The translations under genes were made by a program, and so were the position numbers. From assembly GCA_965277685.1 (NCBI GenBank), contig OZ255830.1, positions 1,553,650 to 1,617,649 of the forward strand: a stretch of 64,000 nucleotides of DNA, read 5' to 3'. The stretch comes from Alphaproteobacteria bacterium (GTDB taxonomy: Bacteria > Pseudomonadota > Alphaproteobacteria > GM7ARS4 > CBDIDI01). Positions 41,271 through 52,300 of the stretch are shown in pieces (position 1 is the stretch's first letter; the number at the start of each line of letters is the position of its first letter). The notes beneath the pieces were generated by a model that saw only the letters and a program-made list of their open reading frames with translations, had not been told where the DNA came from and did not search any database.

Positions 41271-42038
41271 ATGCTGCTGTGTATTGATTCGGGAAATACG
41301 ACGATTGTTTTTGCCCTGTTCAAGGGAAAGACAATCCACGCGCGTTGGCGCATTCGGGCCCAATCCGGACGCAGTTGCGATGAATACGCCGCCTGGCTGA
41401 TGCCGATGATGGACAATGTCGGATGCCGGATATCCGATATCACCGATGTCGTCATATCGAATGTCGTGCCCGAGGCCGGGCAAAGCCTAGAGGAGCTTTG
41501 TCGGCAGTATTTCGATTGTGATCCCTTTATCATCACCGATCTTAATTGCCCGTTGCCGCTTGCGGTCGACGAGCCAAGCGAGGTCGGCGCGGATCGTATC
41601 GCCAATGCCACCGCTTTGCGGAGTGATTATTCTCTGCCCGCCGTTGCGGTCGATTTCGGCACCGCAACCACGTTCGATATTGTCGATCAAAAAGGGGCTT
41701 ATTGCGGCGGGGTGATTTTACCGGGGATTGACCTTTCCTTGAAGATTTTGCATAGAAGAACAGCACGTCTGCCACATGTCGCGCTGGTAGGCACTCCTCC
41801 GATTATCGGACGATCCACATTTGACGCCATTCGTAGTGGCATCTTTTGGGGTACCATCGGCCAGGTAGAGGGCTTTATCTCGCGTATTCGTGCCGAGATG
41901 GGCGCCAACACGCGTTTCATCGCCACGGGTGGCTTTGGGCAACAATGCGCGTCTATATTGGCATCGACATCCTGGGATCGTGATCTGACGTTGCGGGGTA
42001 TGCGGTGTGTTTATCAGGACAGAAAAAAACATGGTTAA
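41271..42038 (+). CDS. coaX: Type III pantothenate kinase
   Basis: IDSGNT, VGADR, VDFGTATTFD, GGVILPG, IATGG, LTLRG. Confidence 0.93.
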   Translation: MLLCIDSGNTTIVFALFKGKTIHARWRIRAQSGRSCDEYAAWLMPMMDNVGCRISDITDVVISNVVPEAGQSLEELCRQYFDCDPFIITDLNCPLPLAVDEPSEVGADRIANATALRSDYSLPAVAVDFGTATTFDIVDQKGAYCGGVILPGIDLSLKILHRRTARLPHVALVGTPPIIGRSTFDAIRSGIFWGTIGQVEGFISRIRAEMGANTRFIATGGFGQQCASILASTSWDRDLTLRGMRCVYQDRKKHG

Positions 42039-43701
42039 AGCAATTACAAAAGCACCGAAAGACGATTTGATCTTCGCCCCCTTGGGCGGATCGGGTGAAA
42101 TCGGCATGAACATGAGTCTATACGGCTATCGTGGCCGTTGGCTGATCGTTGATATGGGCATAACATTTGCGGATGAAACAATACCGGGGGTCGATATTAT
42201 CGTTCCGGATCCCGCATTTTTAATATCGCAGAAAGATAATATCGTCGGTTTGGTTCTGACCCATGCCCACGAAGACCATCTTGGTGCCGTGGCCTGGATC
42301 TGGGAAAATCTGCGCTGTGATATATGGGCAACGCCCTTTGCTCTTTCCGTGCTGGATGCCAAATTCCGCGACCATCAAATCAATGGGGCGGACAAGATGC
42401 ACGTTTTGAATGGCGACAAAACGGTGGCCATGGGGCCTTTCCAGGTTTCGTCATTGTCCATTAACCATTCGATACCCCAGCCGCAATCGATCATCATCGG
42501 TACCGATCATGGCACGGTCGTTCATTCGGGTGACTGGACATTCGATAGCGCCCCGTTGGTCGATAAAGCGTATGAGGAAGATCGCCTGAAAAGCATTGGC
42601 GAAAAGGGCGTCTTGGCCCTGATTTGCGATTCAACCAATGTCTTTGTTGAAAAACCAAGCGAGTCCGAGGCCGAATTGGTCAAAAGCTTGGACACGTTGA
42701 TTGGGGGGATTAAAACGGGTCGCATTATCTCGACCTCTTTTGCATCGAATGTCGCGCGTATGGTGATGTTTGCCCGGGCGGCCGACAAAAACGGTCGCCG
42801 CCCGGTCTTGATCGGTCGTTCGATGCTGCGCTTTTCCGCGGCGGCGCGCGATAATGGGTATTTGAAAAATGTGCCCGATTTTCTCAGCGACCGGGAAGGC
42901 AAGAGTCTGCCGCGAGAAAAGGCGCTTTACATCTGTACCGGTTCTCAAGGGGAATCGCGGTCGGCCTTGACACGGATTGCCGAAGGATCGCATCCCTCGC
43001 TTCAGGTCGATGCCGGTGATACGGTGATTTTTTCGTCTTCGGTGATTCCCGGCAACGAAAAAGCCATCACAAAGGTGCGTAATCTTCTGATTTCCAAGGG
43101 TGTTCGGGTCGTTACCGAGGAAGATGAATTCGTCCATATTTCGGGGCATCCCGGTCGTCCGGAATTAAAGCGCATGTATCAGCTGCTGAAACCGAAAATA
43201 TCGGTGCCGGCCCATGGCGAGGTGCGCCATCTGCGCGAGCATGCTTCCTTTGCCCGCAGTTGTGGCGTGGATCACGCGATCGAGGTTGTCAACGGCCAGG
43301 TTCTCCGCCTAAGCGGGAAAGAGCCGAAGATTTGCGGAACGGTTCCAACCAATACCTTGGCCTTGGTCGGCAAGCGCTTGGTCAATGCGGATGATCCGAT
43401 ATTCGAAGATCGCAAAAGAATGCTGTCGGACGGATTATTGAATGTGGTATTTGCCGTTGATTCGCAAGGGGCATTGTGTTGTGATCCGCTGGTTCTTGAC
43501 TTTGGTCTTTTCAGTGAAGGGGAGGACAACTTGCTGGACGAAATCGCCGAAAAGGCCGAGGCGGAGTTCAACACCCTGTCCCGGCGCGTGATTCAACGCA
43601 AAAAAGGGGGGGATGACAAAATTCGCGCGGGATTGACATCTTTTCTTCGCCGCACGATTGGCTCTAAACCCCTGATATGGGTTGAGATTATTCATGTTTA
43701 A
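42031..43701 (+). CDS. rnj: Ribonuclease J
   Basis: PLGGSGEIGMN, THAHEDHLGA, CTGSQGE, HISGH. Confidence 0.95.
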   Translation: MVKAITKAPKDDLIFAPLGGSGEIGMNMSLYGYRGRWLIVDMGITFADETIPGVDIIVPDPAFLISQKDNIVGLVLTHAHEDHLGAVAWIWENLRCDIWATPFALSVLDAKFRDHQINGADKMHVLNGDKTVAMGPFQVSSLSINHSIPQPQSIIIGTDHGTVVHSGDWTFDSAPLVDKAYEEDRLKSIGEKGVLALICDSTNVFVEKPSESEAELVKSLDTLIGGIKTGRIISTSFASNVARMVMFARAADKNGRRPVLIGRSMLRFSAAARDNGYLKNVPDFLSDREGKSLPREKALYICTGSQGESRSALTRIAEGSHPSLQVDAGDTVIFSSSVIPGNEKAITKVRNLLISKGVRVVTEEDEFVHISGHPGRPELKRMYQLLKPKISVPAHGEVRHLREHASFARSCGVDHAIEVVNGQVLRLSGKEPKICGTVPTNTLALVGKRLVNADDPIFEDRKRMLSDGLLNVVFAVDSQGALCCDPLVLDFGLFSEGEDNLLDEIAEKAEAEFNTLSRRVIQRKKGGDDKIRAGLTSFLRRTIGSKPLIWVEIIHV

Positions 43702-43716
43702 AGGAAGTCGATTATC

Positions 43717-44124
43717 ATGATACGACGCTTGAATCATATTGCCGTCGTCGTTCCGGATTTGGATGCCGCCGCCGCTTTGTATCGCGATGCGCTTGCGGCA
43801 ACGGTGTCGAAGCCGTGCGATTACCCGGAACATGGGGTGCGGGTGATTTTCATCGAATTGGAAAATGCCAAGATCGAGTTGCTCTATCCCCTTGATGCCA
43901 AATCGCCGATCGCAAGTTTTCTGCAACGCCATCCCAAGGGCGGAATGCACCACATTTGTGTTGAGGTCGATAATGTCAAGGATGCGGGCGAGCGCCTGAA
44001 GAAAAATGGCGTGCGTTTGCTTAATGATGGCGTTATTCGCAAGGGCGCCCATGACAAGCCGGTGCTTTTTTTGCATCCGGGCGATCTGGCCGGCACGCTA
44101 TTGGAACTGGAACAAGCCGGATAG
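43717..44124 (+). CDS. mce: Methylmalonyl-CoA epimerase
   Basis: LNHIAVVVPDL, GGMHHICVEV, GAHDKPVLFLHP...GTLLELEQ; conserved position after rnj. Confidence 0.93.
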   Translation: MIRRLNHIAVVVPDLDAAAALYRDALAATVSKPCDYPEHGVRVIFIELENAKIELLYPLDAKSPIASFLQRHPKGGMHHICVEVDNVKDAGERLKKNGVRLLNDGVIRKGAHDKPVLFLHPGDLAGTLLELEQAG

Positions 44125-44144
44125 AATCCCAATTCCCCCAAATC

Positions 44145-44285
44145 GGGGGATTGGAATCCAGGCAGCAATATCGAATAACCGAAATCGGGATGCCGGAATG
44201 GGCGTGCGCAATCAGGGGACGATAATCAAAGACCCCAAACCGGGGGATTGGAACCCGGGCAGCAATATCGAATAATCGAAATCGG
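44145..44285. repeat. Two ~44-bp direct repeats (period 97) between convergent mce and icd
   Basis: GGGGGATTGGAA.CC.GGCAGCAATATCGAATAA.CGAAATCGG at 44145 and 44242. Confidence 0.8.
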
Positions 44286-44303
44286 CGATATGCCCGGTCG
44301 CTT

Positions 44304-45539
44304 CTAGGGGTGTGTTTGATCGCCCATGCGCCGGGCAAGATGATCGGCCACCGTCTTTAGGAACGTGCGCGTCGTGCACCACGTCTGGGCCGGTGATACC
44401 AAAAGGGCAAGGTCTTTGGTCATCACCGATCCCTCGACCGTATCGCGACAGGCGGCTTCAAGATGCCGGACAAAATGCGCCAATTCCGGATGGCGGTCAA
44501 ATCGGGCCCGCCAGGATATGGCGCGGCTCCACGCAAAAATCGAGGCAATCGGATTTGTGGATGTCTCCAGTCCCTTTTGATGTTGGCGGAAATGGGACGT
44601 CACCGTTCCGTGGGCGGCTTCGGTCAGAACCATATCGTTTTTCGGGGTCATCAGAACCGATGTCATAAGCCCAAGCGAGCCAAACCCCTGGGCGATAATA
44701 TCGGACTGGACATCGCCGTCATAATTTTTGCACGCCCAGACAAAGCCCCCCGGCCATTTCAGGGCAGAGGCGGCCATATCGTCAATCAATCGATGCTGAT
44801 AGGTTAATCCTTTGTCCTTATAGGCATCGGCGAATTCTTGGGCGAAGACCTCGTCAAAGATGTCTTTGAAACGCTGGTCGTAGATTTTCAAAATCGTATT
44901 CTTGGTTGAGAAATACAAAGGCATCTGCCGGTTCAAGGCATAGCGCAGACAGGTGCGGGCAAAGGCCTTGATCGAGGCATCCTCGTTATACATGGCAAGG
45001 GCGATGCCGGGGCCTTTGATATCGGGCAAGGGATGGCTTGATGTCGTGTTATCGGGCCCGGTAAAGGTAAGGCTGGCGCGTCCTTTTTCCGGCAGGCGCA
45101 TTTCGCAGGCGCGATATTGGTCGGCAAAGGCGTGGCGGGCAATGATAATCGGTTTATTCCATGAACGGATGATACGCGGAACATTGGCAAAGATGATCGG
45201 CTCGCGGAAAATGGTGCCCTGCAAAGCGTTGCGGATCGTGGCATTGGGCGAGGGCCATATTTTTTTAAGGCCAAATTCCTTTAGTCGGGCGGTGTCGGGG
45301 GTAATGGTGGCGCATTTAACCCCAACTTTGTAAGTGCGCACCGCTTTGGCCGCTGCGGCGGTTACGCGATCATCGCTTTGATCGCGCGACGGCAGGGAAA
45401 GATCGAATTGCCGATGGTCGAATTCAAGCCACGGCGTGATGAGATCGTCAATAATCCATTGCCATAAGACACGGGTCATTTCATCGCCGATAAGATCGAC
45501 GATGGGGGCGCGAACATGAATTTTTTCCGTTAATGCCAT
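44304..45539 (-). CDS. icd: NADP-dependent isocitrate dehydrogenase
   Basis: GDEMTR, KCATITPD, SPNATIRN, ACKNYDGDVQSD, EAAHGTVT, TNPIASIFAW. Confidence 0.96.
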   Translation of the reverse strand: MALTEKIHVRAPIVDLIGDEMTRVLWQWIIDDLITPWLEFDHRQFDLSLPSRDQSDDRVTAAAAKAVRTYKVGVKCATITPDTARLKEFGLKKIWPSPNATIRNALQGTIFREPIIFANVPRIIRSWNKPIIIARHAFADQYRACEMRLPEKGRASLTFTGPDNTTSSHPLPDIKGPGIALAMYNEDASIKAFARTCLRYALNRQMPLYFSTKNTILKIYDQRFKDIFDEVFAQEFADAYKDKGLTYQHRLIDDMAASALKWPGGFVWACKNYDGDVQSDIIAQGFGSLGLMTSVLMTPKNDMVLTEAAHGTVTSHFRQHQKGLETSTNPIASIFAWSRAISWRARFDRHPELAHFVRHLEAACRDTVEGSVMTKDLALLVSPAQTWCTTRTFLKTVADHLARRMGDQTHP

Positions 45540-46075
45540 TGCAAAACCTCAAAGATATGATCGATAGTATCAATAAATACGATGCTGTCGGCGACTTTTT
45601 TCGGCATGTAGCCGTGTTCGACCGCGTTGGCCAGCATATCACGCAAGGGGCGCCAGTAGTTATGGCAATCCAGCAAGACAAGCGGCATATCGGTCAAGGA
45701 TAAATGTTTCCACGCAAGGGTTTCACTGATTTCATCCAACGTGCCGGAGCCGCCCGGCAAAGCAATGGCCGCATCGCTTTGATCGCGCATCAAGGATTGG
45801 CGTTGGTGCATATCATCAACGATTTTAAGTTCGGTGAGATGGGGATGGGCCACCCCCATATCAACGATAAAGCGCGGGCAAATACCGGTGATACGACCAC
45901 CTTGGGCAAGACAGGAATCGGCAAGAGCCCCCATCATGCCGATGGCGGCACCGCCATAAATCAGGTGGATATCGTGGGTGGCGGCAAGGACGCCAAGGCG
46001 GGTTGCCTGTTGTCGATGGGACGTGGGGAAAACGCGCGAGGAACCGCAATAGACCGATAAACGACGAGAGACCAT
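45530..46075 (-). CDS. LOG family (TIGR00730) protein
   Basis: VYCGSS, YGGAAIGMMG, ALPGGSGTLDE. Confidence 0.9.
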   Translation of the reverse strand: MVSRRLSVYCGSSRVFPTSHRQQATRLGVLAATHDIHLIYGGAAIGMMGALADSCLAQGGRITGICPRFIVDMGVAHPHLTELKIVDDMHQRQSLMRDQSDAAIALPGGSGTLDEISETLAWKHLSLTDMPLVLLDCHNYWRPLRDMLANAVEHGYMPKKVADSIVFIDTIDHIFEVLQWH

Positions 46076-46160
46076 GCGTTTGTTTCGCAAGGAATGCGGA
46101 TGTGGTCAAGGATATCTTTGAGGGACTTTGGAAGACTTTTAAGTTCCGGGGGTTCCCGGT

Positions 46161-46361
46161 TTGGCGCCTCCACCGTCCGATTTCTCGATTAAGGGACGGG
46201 TTTTTTCGCGCCCGATATTCTTTGTCGAGAACGATGCTTCAAGCCAAGATATTCTCGGCACGCTATCTTTCCTCTTCATTCGTCTTTCCCCCTTATTCGT
46301 TTTTTTTTTGGCGCCTCCACCGTCCGATTTCTCGATTAAGGGGCGGGTTTTTTCACGCCCG
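46161..46361 (+). repeat. Two 54-bp direct repeats (period 147), each with a terminator-like hairpin and T run
   Basis: TTGGCGCCTCCACCGTCCGATTTCTCGATTAAGGG(A/G)CGGGTTTTTTC at 46161 and 46308. Confidence 0.8.
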
Positions 46362-46549
46362 CTTCATCATGTCCGGTTGTCGTGGGCAAGCAGGGCAAGC
46401 GATGGGTCGCGTGATCTTTTGCGCTTTGTTGCGATATCGGCGATGGCAAAGGTGGCGCGTGGGGGTGCTTGTTTTCTGTTCTATGTCGGTGATGCTGTGT
46501 TATCATGGCATCCTTATTTTTGGCTGGCATGAATGGAAGGTCCGTGCGG

Positions 46550-47671
46550 ATGCGGTATGTTTTCTACCTGATCATAGCGTTGTTGTCCCTTGTCGGTGGC
46601 TGGTACGCGATGCAGTGGTTTGATTCATCCGATGCGGGTGAATGGCGCGGGATATTTTCCTTCGAAGATGGGCAAGAGGCCGGCGATGATTCCACGCCAA
46701 AGGGGGCGCGTTGGACGGATGAGCGCGGGTCGCGCAATGCCCGTGATGATAATGGTGATGCCCGTGATGATAATGGGCGCGACACGGATGATCTTTCTTT
46801 GCATATCCCCACATTTGACGTGGTGCGGGTCACGCCGGATGGCGCGGCGGTCATTGCCGGACGGGCGGCACCCGGGGCCGTGATTACGGTTTATGACGGC
46901 GATACGATCATTGCCACGACCGATGCGGATGGGCGTGGCGAGTGGGTGGTGTTACCGGAAAAACCCCTTGCCGGCGGCACCCGAAGGTTAAGCATCCAGG
47001 CCAGGCAAGCGGATGGACGCATCTTTTTTTCCGATCGGGATGTATCGGTGACCATTCCCCTTAGGCGTGGCAAGGCCGTGCCGAAGCAGGCCTTGATTGT
47101 TGCCGATGACCGGCAAAGCGGATTGCGGCTTTTGCAGGTTCCCGATCAAGACAAGCTTACCGGGCTTTCGCTGCAATCGGTGGAATACCCAGAATCGGGG
47201 ATCGTCCGCTATAGCGGCACGGCACCGGCCGGGTCAACGCTTCGGATTTATCGTGATAATCGGATATTGGCAACGGTCGAGGCCGATGGCAATGGTATGT
47301 GGGCGCTGGAAACGGACGACCCGTCATCCGCGCGCATGCCGGAGGAAACGCCCCGGGCCGGGCACACTCGGCATGTTTTGCGGATCGATCGCCTTAATGC
47401 CGACGGCACGGTGCGCGAGCGGGTCGAAACGGCGTTTTCCCGCACCCCCACGCGTGAGGTCACGATTGATCCCGGCACCGAATATATCATCGTCGGCGAT
47501 GGGCATTCCTTGTGGCGCATTGCGCGGCGTTATTACGGGCAAGGCATTGCCTATAAAAAATTGTATCAGTCCAATCGTGATCTTATTCGCAATCCGGATT
47601 TGATTTATCCCGGACAGATTTTTGCCGCCCCCCCGGATGGGGATGGAAATGCGGCAGGGATGTCCGAATAA
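46550..47671 (+). CDS. LysM peptidoglycan-binding protein with Ig-like domains
   Basis: N-terminal TM; FDVVRVTPDGAAVIAGRAAPG; C-terminal GHSLWRIARRYYG...IRNPDLIYPGQ. Confidence 0.9.
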   Translation: MRYVFYLIIALLSLVGGWYAMQWFDSSDAGEWRGIFSFEDGQEAGDDSTPKGARWTDERGSRNARDDNGDARDDNGRDTDDLSLHIPTFDVVRVTPDGAAVIAGRAAPGAVITVYDGDTIIATTDADGRGEWVVLPEKPLAGGTRRLSIQARQADGRIFFSDRDVSVTIPLRRGKAVPKQALIVADDRQSGLRLLQVPDQDKLTGLSLQSVEYPESGIVRYSGTAPAGSTLRIYRDNRILATVEADGNGMWALETDDPSSARMPEETPRAGHTRHVLRIDRLNADGTVRERVETAFSRTPTREVTIDPGTEYIIVGDGHSLWRIARRYYGQGIAYKKLYQSNRDLIRNPDLIYPGQIFAAPPDGDGNAAGMSE

Positions 47672-48513
47672 TGGGCGGCGATGGCAATACCCGCTATGCC
47701 GGGGTGTATCCGGTCCATCCGGCGGGATGGCCCATTCTTGGCGGGGCAACACTGGGCCTTGGGTTGATGGCGATATGGTCATGGTCGGTGGCCCTTTTCC
47801 TCGTGCCGGTGTGGATTTGGTGCATCTGGTTTTTTCGCGATCCGAAACGTTCCATTCCGGTCGATCCGGGTTGCTTGGTCAGTCCCGCCGACGGACGGAT
47901 TGTTTTTGTCGGGGCGCACCGCTTGCCTCAAGAATTGGTGGGGCCGTTAGTCCCGTCCTTGGCCGTGACAAAAACCGGTGTGGAAAAAACATCGGACAAC
48001 GCCGGACAAAAGAAAATCGCCGCGTCGGATTCCCCCGATATCCATATGGGCGATCATAAGGGCGATCATAAGCCGATATCGGGTTCCGGATCGGATTCCG
48101 GATCAAAGGAAGAATGGCAATTGGTGTCGATTTTCATGAATATTTTCAATGTGCATGTCAACAGAATCCCGGATCATGGCACCATCACGGCATGCCAATA
48201 TGTGCCGGGTCGTTTTTTTAACGCGTCACTGGATAAGGCAAGCCTTGATAATGAACGCATGGCATTGGCGATTCGTGTATCGGAAGATATGGTGATCGGC
48301 TGTGTCCAGATTGCCGGATTAATCGCGCGCCGGATCGAATGGGGCGTGCGAATAGGGCAAAAGGTCAAGCGGGGAGAGCGCTTTGGCATTATTCGTTTTG
48401 GATCACGGGTCGATGTATATATTCCATCCGACGTCACGATCGATGTGCGTATTGGCGATCGGGTACTGGCCGGCGAGACGATCATTGCCCGCCGTGCGAA
48501 ATCCGACGCATGA
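47671..48513 (+). CDS. psd: Phosphatidylserine decarboxylase
   Basis: FFRDP, VSPADG, IFMNIFNVHVNR, QIAGLIARRI, RFGSRVD; ~45-aa low-complexity insertion. Confidence 0.93.
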   Translation: MGGDGNTRYAGVYPVHPAGWPILGGATLGLGLMAIWSWSVALFLVPVWIWCIWFFRDPKRSIPVDPGCLVSPADGRIVFVGAHRLPQELVGPLVPSLAVTKTGVEKTSDNAGQKKIAASDSPDIHMGDHKGDHKPISGSGSDSGSKEEWQLVSIFMNIFNVHVNRIPDHGTITACQYVPGRFFNASLDKASLDNERMALAIRVSEDMVIGCVQIAGLIARRIEWGVRIGQKVKRGERFGIIRFGSRVDVYIPSDVTIDVRIGDRVLAGETIIARRAKSDA

Positions 48514-49268
48514 TCGATACGGAAAAAAATCTTGGTATGAAGAAATTACGCTCGCGTATTTTACAGCCCGGAACCATGACCTTGGCCCGATTGTTGCCCA
48601 ATATCGTCACGATCTTAAATTTATCGGCGGGATTGATGGCAATCCGCTTTGCCCTTTACGAGCATTGGCAATGGGCGGTTGGGGCCCTTGTTATCGCGGC
48701 ATTTTTGGACACTTTGGACGGGCGCATGGCCCGGCTTTTAAGCGGGGGAACACGTTTTGGAGTCGAATTGGATTCTCTTTCCGATTTCTTAAGTTTTTCC
48801 CTGGCCCCGGCCTTGGTCTTGTATTTCTGGGTCGGCGGGGCAAATGGGGTATTATGGGCAACGGTCATGATTTACGTGACCTGCGGGGCGTTGCGCTTGG
48901 CCCGTTTTAACGCGGATGACACGGTGCGATCGGATCATTTCTTTCAAGGGATTCCATCCCCGGCCGCAGCCGGTTTCGTATTATTGCCGATGATCGCTTG
49001 GCTGCAATGGGAACTTGAATGGCTGCGCCATTTTATTCCCGTGGCCATTTTTCTGGTTTGTGTCGGTTTTTCGATGGTGTCGAATATTCCGGCGTGGTCG
49101 TTAAAACGCCTTCAAATTCGCCCGAAAAGACGTTTGGCGGCCTTGCTGATTGCTTCGTTATTCTTGATTTTATTGCTGAATTTCTTCTGGCTTGGGGTCT
49201 TGTTGATCGTTCTTGGCTATGGCGTGTCGATTCCGATCGGCATGCGCCATCTCAAGAAACGTCGATGA
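48510..49268 (+). CDS. pssA: CDP-diacylglycerol--serine O-phosphatidyltransferase
   Basis: DTLDGRMAR...GVELDSLSD CDP-alcohol motif; LRLARFN; FQGIPSPAAA. Confidence 0.92.
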   Translation: MIDTEKNLGMKKLRSRILQPGTMTLARLLPNIVTILNLSAGLMAIRFALYEHWQWAVGALVIAAFLDTLDGRMARLLSGGTRFGVELDSLSDFLSFSLAPALVLYFWVGGANGVLWATVMIYVTCGALRLARFNADDTVRSDHFFQGIPSPAAAGFVLLPMIAWLQWELEWLRHFIPVAIFLVCVGFSMVSNIPAWSLKRLQIRPKRRLAALLIASLFLILLLNFFWLGVLLIVLGYGVSIPIGMRHLKKRR

Positions 49269-49387
49269 TGGCCTTAATACGCCCAAGGCTCCAACACAAA
49301 ACAAGCGTCGGATCGAATCCAAGAAACGTGGTTGATGGCCTTAATAGACCCGAGGCATTAATGCAAAACAAGCGTCGGATCGAATTC
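49253..49387. repeat. 67-bp tandem duplication copying the pssA 3' end and stop
   Basis: CAAGAAACGT..TGATGGCCTTAATA...CAAAACAAGCGTCGGATCGAAT at 49253 and 49320. Confidence 0.8.
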
Positions 49388-49394
49388 GCGCGGG

Positions 49395-52300
49395 TTAGGC
49401 CAATTTCCTGATTCTGCGCTGCTCTGCGTACATCAGGGCGCTTGGTGTCACCACCAGGGTAAGGATGGTCGCAAAGGCAAGACCGAAGCTGATGGTGGAT
49501 GACAATGATTGCCACCATTGGACCGATGCGCCGCCGACCATGACGTTGCGGTTGATAAAATCGATATTGATACCAAATACCATCGGCGCCAGTCCGATAA
49601 TGGTGGTGATTGTCGTCAGAAGAACGGGACGGACCCGTTGCATGCCGGTGCGCAGGACAAGGGTGCGCGCGTCGGCGATCGTCCGGGGCGGATTGTCTTT
49701 TTTAATCCGGTTCCATGTATCGATCAGAATGATGTTGTTATTGACGACAATACCGGCCAGGGCAATGACACCGATCCCGCACATAATGATGTCAAAGGGT
49801 TGTCCGGTTATCATCAGTCCAAGCAGAACGCCGATCGTCGACATGACAACGGAACTGCAGATTAAAAGGGCTTGATAGAAGCTGTTGAAACGGGCAATCA
49901 AAATGATGGCAATCATGAAAAATGCGGTTAAAAAAGCCTTGCTCAGGAATGCTTGCGCTTTTTTTTGCTCTTCATCCTCTCCCTTGAAGGTGATATTGAC
50001 GCGATCGTCAACTCCGGTTGCGTCCATCCATTGATGCAGGTCACGCACCTTGTCGTTGACAAGCACCCCTTTGCGGATATCCGCCTTGACCGTCACCACG
50101 CGGACCCGGTCGGCCCGATGCAGGGTTCCGGTCTGGGGCTTTGCTTGGCGGTGGACAAAATTGGAAATCGGCACGGATCCTTTTTCGGTCTCGATACGAA
50201 TGCGGTCGAATTCTTTGATGCGGCGATATTTTTCGGGAAAACGGACGACGACATCGATTTCATCGAAACTGTTATCCGGACGATAATCGGTCAATTTCAT
50301 GCCCTTGGTGATCAAATGCAAGGCTTGGCCAATCAACGCGGCATCGGCCCCATAGCGGGCGGCCTCGGCCCGGTCGACGGAAAACTGCCATTCGATTTCG
50401 GGAATCGGCAGACCGTCTTCGATGTTGATGTAATCGGGCGATTGCGCCATTTTTTCCGTGATTTGACGCGCGGCGGCAAGAGCGGTGGCATAATCACGCG
50501 ATCCGATTTGAATCTGGATATCTTTGCCGACCGGCGGCCCGGCTTCTTTTTCGCGGATGGATGTTTTAATTCCGGCAATTCGGTCAAGGCGTTCTTGGAC
50601 CACGTCAAGGATTTGCGACACGGGACGGCGATCTTGCCAGGGGCTGAATTCAAGCAACACGGAGCCAATGGTATCTTCGCTGTCCTGGCGGGCATCGCGT
50701 TTTTTGCCGACACGGGTGTAGATGGTCGTGATTTCCGGCATATCGAGGATTTTCGATTCGACATCGCTTAAAATCGCATCTTTTTCATAGATGGACAGAT
50801 TGCCCCGCGCGCGCACCTCGACGATGACATTATCGGGTTCGACATCGGGAAAGAAAGAGATGCCTTGGCCGAACACACCATAGGCGACAAAAACGACGAC
50901 AAGGGAGGCGAGCGACGTTCCGATAACGACCGGAGGATGGCGCAAACACAAGCGCAGGATGGAAAGATACAATGAACCGCCGCGACCGAGATGCTGAAAA
51001 TTGCCGCTTTCCCCGGCGTTGATGAAACGCTGTCCATCACGGCTTAGGATACTGGGGCGTCCGATATAACATCCAAGCACGGGAATGAAGAAAAGCGCCA
51101 TCAGTAAAGACGCGCTGAGAACCGCAATCATCGTAATCGGCATATATTGCATGAATTGGCCAACGGTGCCGGGCCAGAACAGCAAGGGCATAAAGGCGAC
51201 CAGAGTGGTCAATGTCGATATGGCGACGGGTGGGGCCATCCGTTTGGATGCGCCCGCATAGGATTGCATTCGACGATGGCCGGTGTTCATTTGTCGATCG
51301 GCATCCTCGACGATGACGATGACGCCATCGACAAGCATTCCGACCGTCAGAATAAGAGAGAATAAAACAACGATATTGATGGTCAATCCCATCATATCCA
51401 GGACAAGAATGCCGCTGAGGAAAGACCCGGGAATGGCGATGGCGACCAAAAATCCGCTTCGCCATCCGATCGACCAGATAACGACGATCATCACCAAAAG
51501 AACGGCGAGTATGATGCTGTTTTGTAAATCGGATACCATCGTTTCGATATTCTTTCCCTGATCCTGGGAAAAGCCGACTTGGACGGAAGGGGGCCACGAT
51601 CGGCTTTCTTCGACGACCAATTGCCGGACGTGATCGATTGTCTTGATGATGTTTTCCCCGACGCGCTTGGAGACTTCGATAGCGATGGTATTTTGGCCCC
51701 GCAGGCGGGCAAAACTTGTCGGGTCTTTGAATCCCTTTTCCAGGGAGGCAATATCCGACACGCGGACAACGGCTTGGTCGTGGGCCAAAAGCGGGAAATT
51801 GCGCAAATCTTCCGCGTTTTCGACCAATCCGGGCAGTTTGACGGCAAATCGTCCTTGGTCGTTTTCGATGGTGCCGGCGGCGACCAACACATTATTGCGC
51901 CGGATCATGGCAACGATATTGGGCGCGGTCAGTCCATATTCCTGGACGCGCAACGGGTCGATGACGATACGCAATTCTTCATCGCGTTCCCCCGTAATAT
52001 CGGCTTTCAAGACGCTTGGTAACGTCTTGATCTTTTCCGACAAAGAACGCCCGAATTGGAGTAATTGGCGCTCGGGAAGGTCGCCGGAAAGGGTGACGAC
52101 CAAAATCGGAAAAAGACTGATATTGATTTCTTTGACGATCGGATCATCGGTATCTTCGGGAAGCTCTCCTCGCGCTAGATCAACGGCCGCCCGCACGTCA
52201 TTAAGGGCGGAATCAGGATTAAAGCCGGCGTCAAATTCAAGCAAGACGTATCCACCGCCTTCATATGCCGCGGCGGTCATCTCGCGCACGCCCTCGATCG

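Noticed and set aside
44145-44285. Mini-CRISPR (two repeats plus spacer); likewise 46161-46361
   Set aside because: Only two copies, atypical lengths and no cas genes; better explained as duplicated terminator-like elements.
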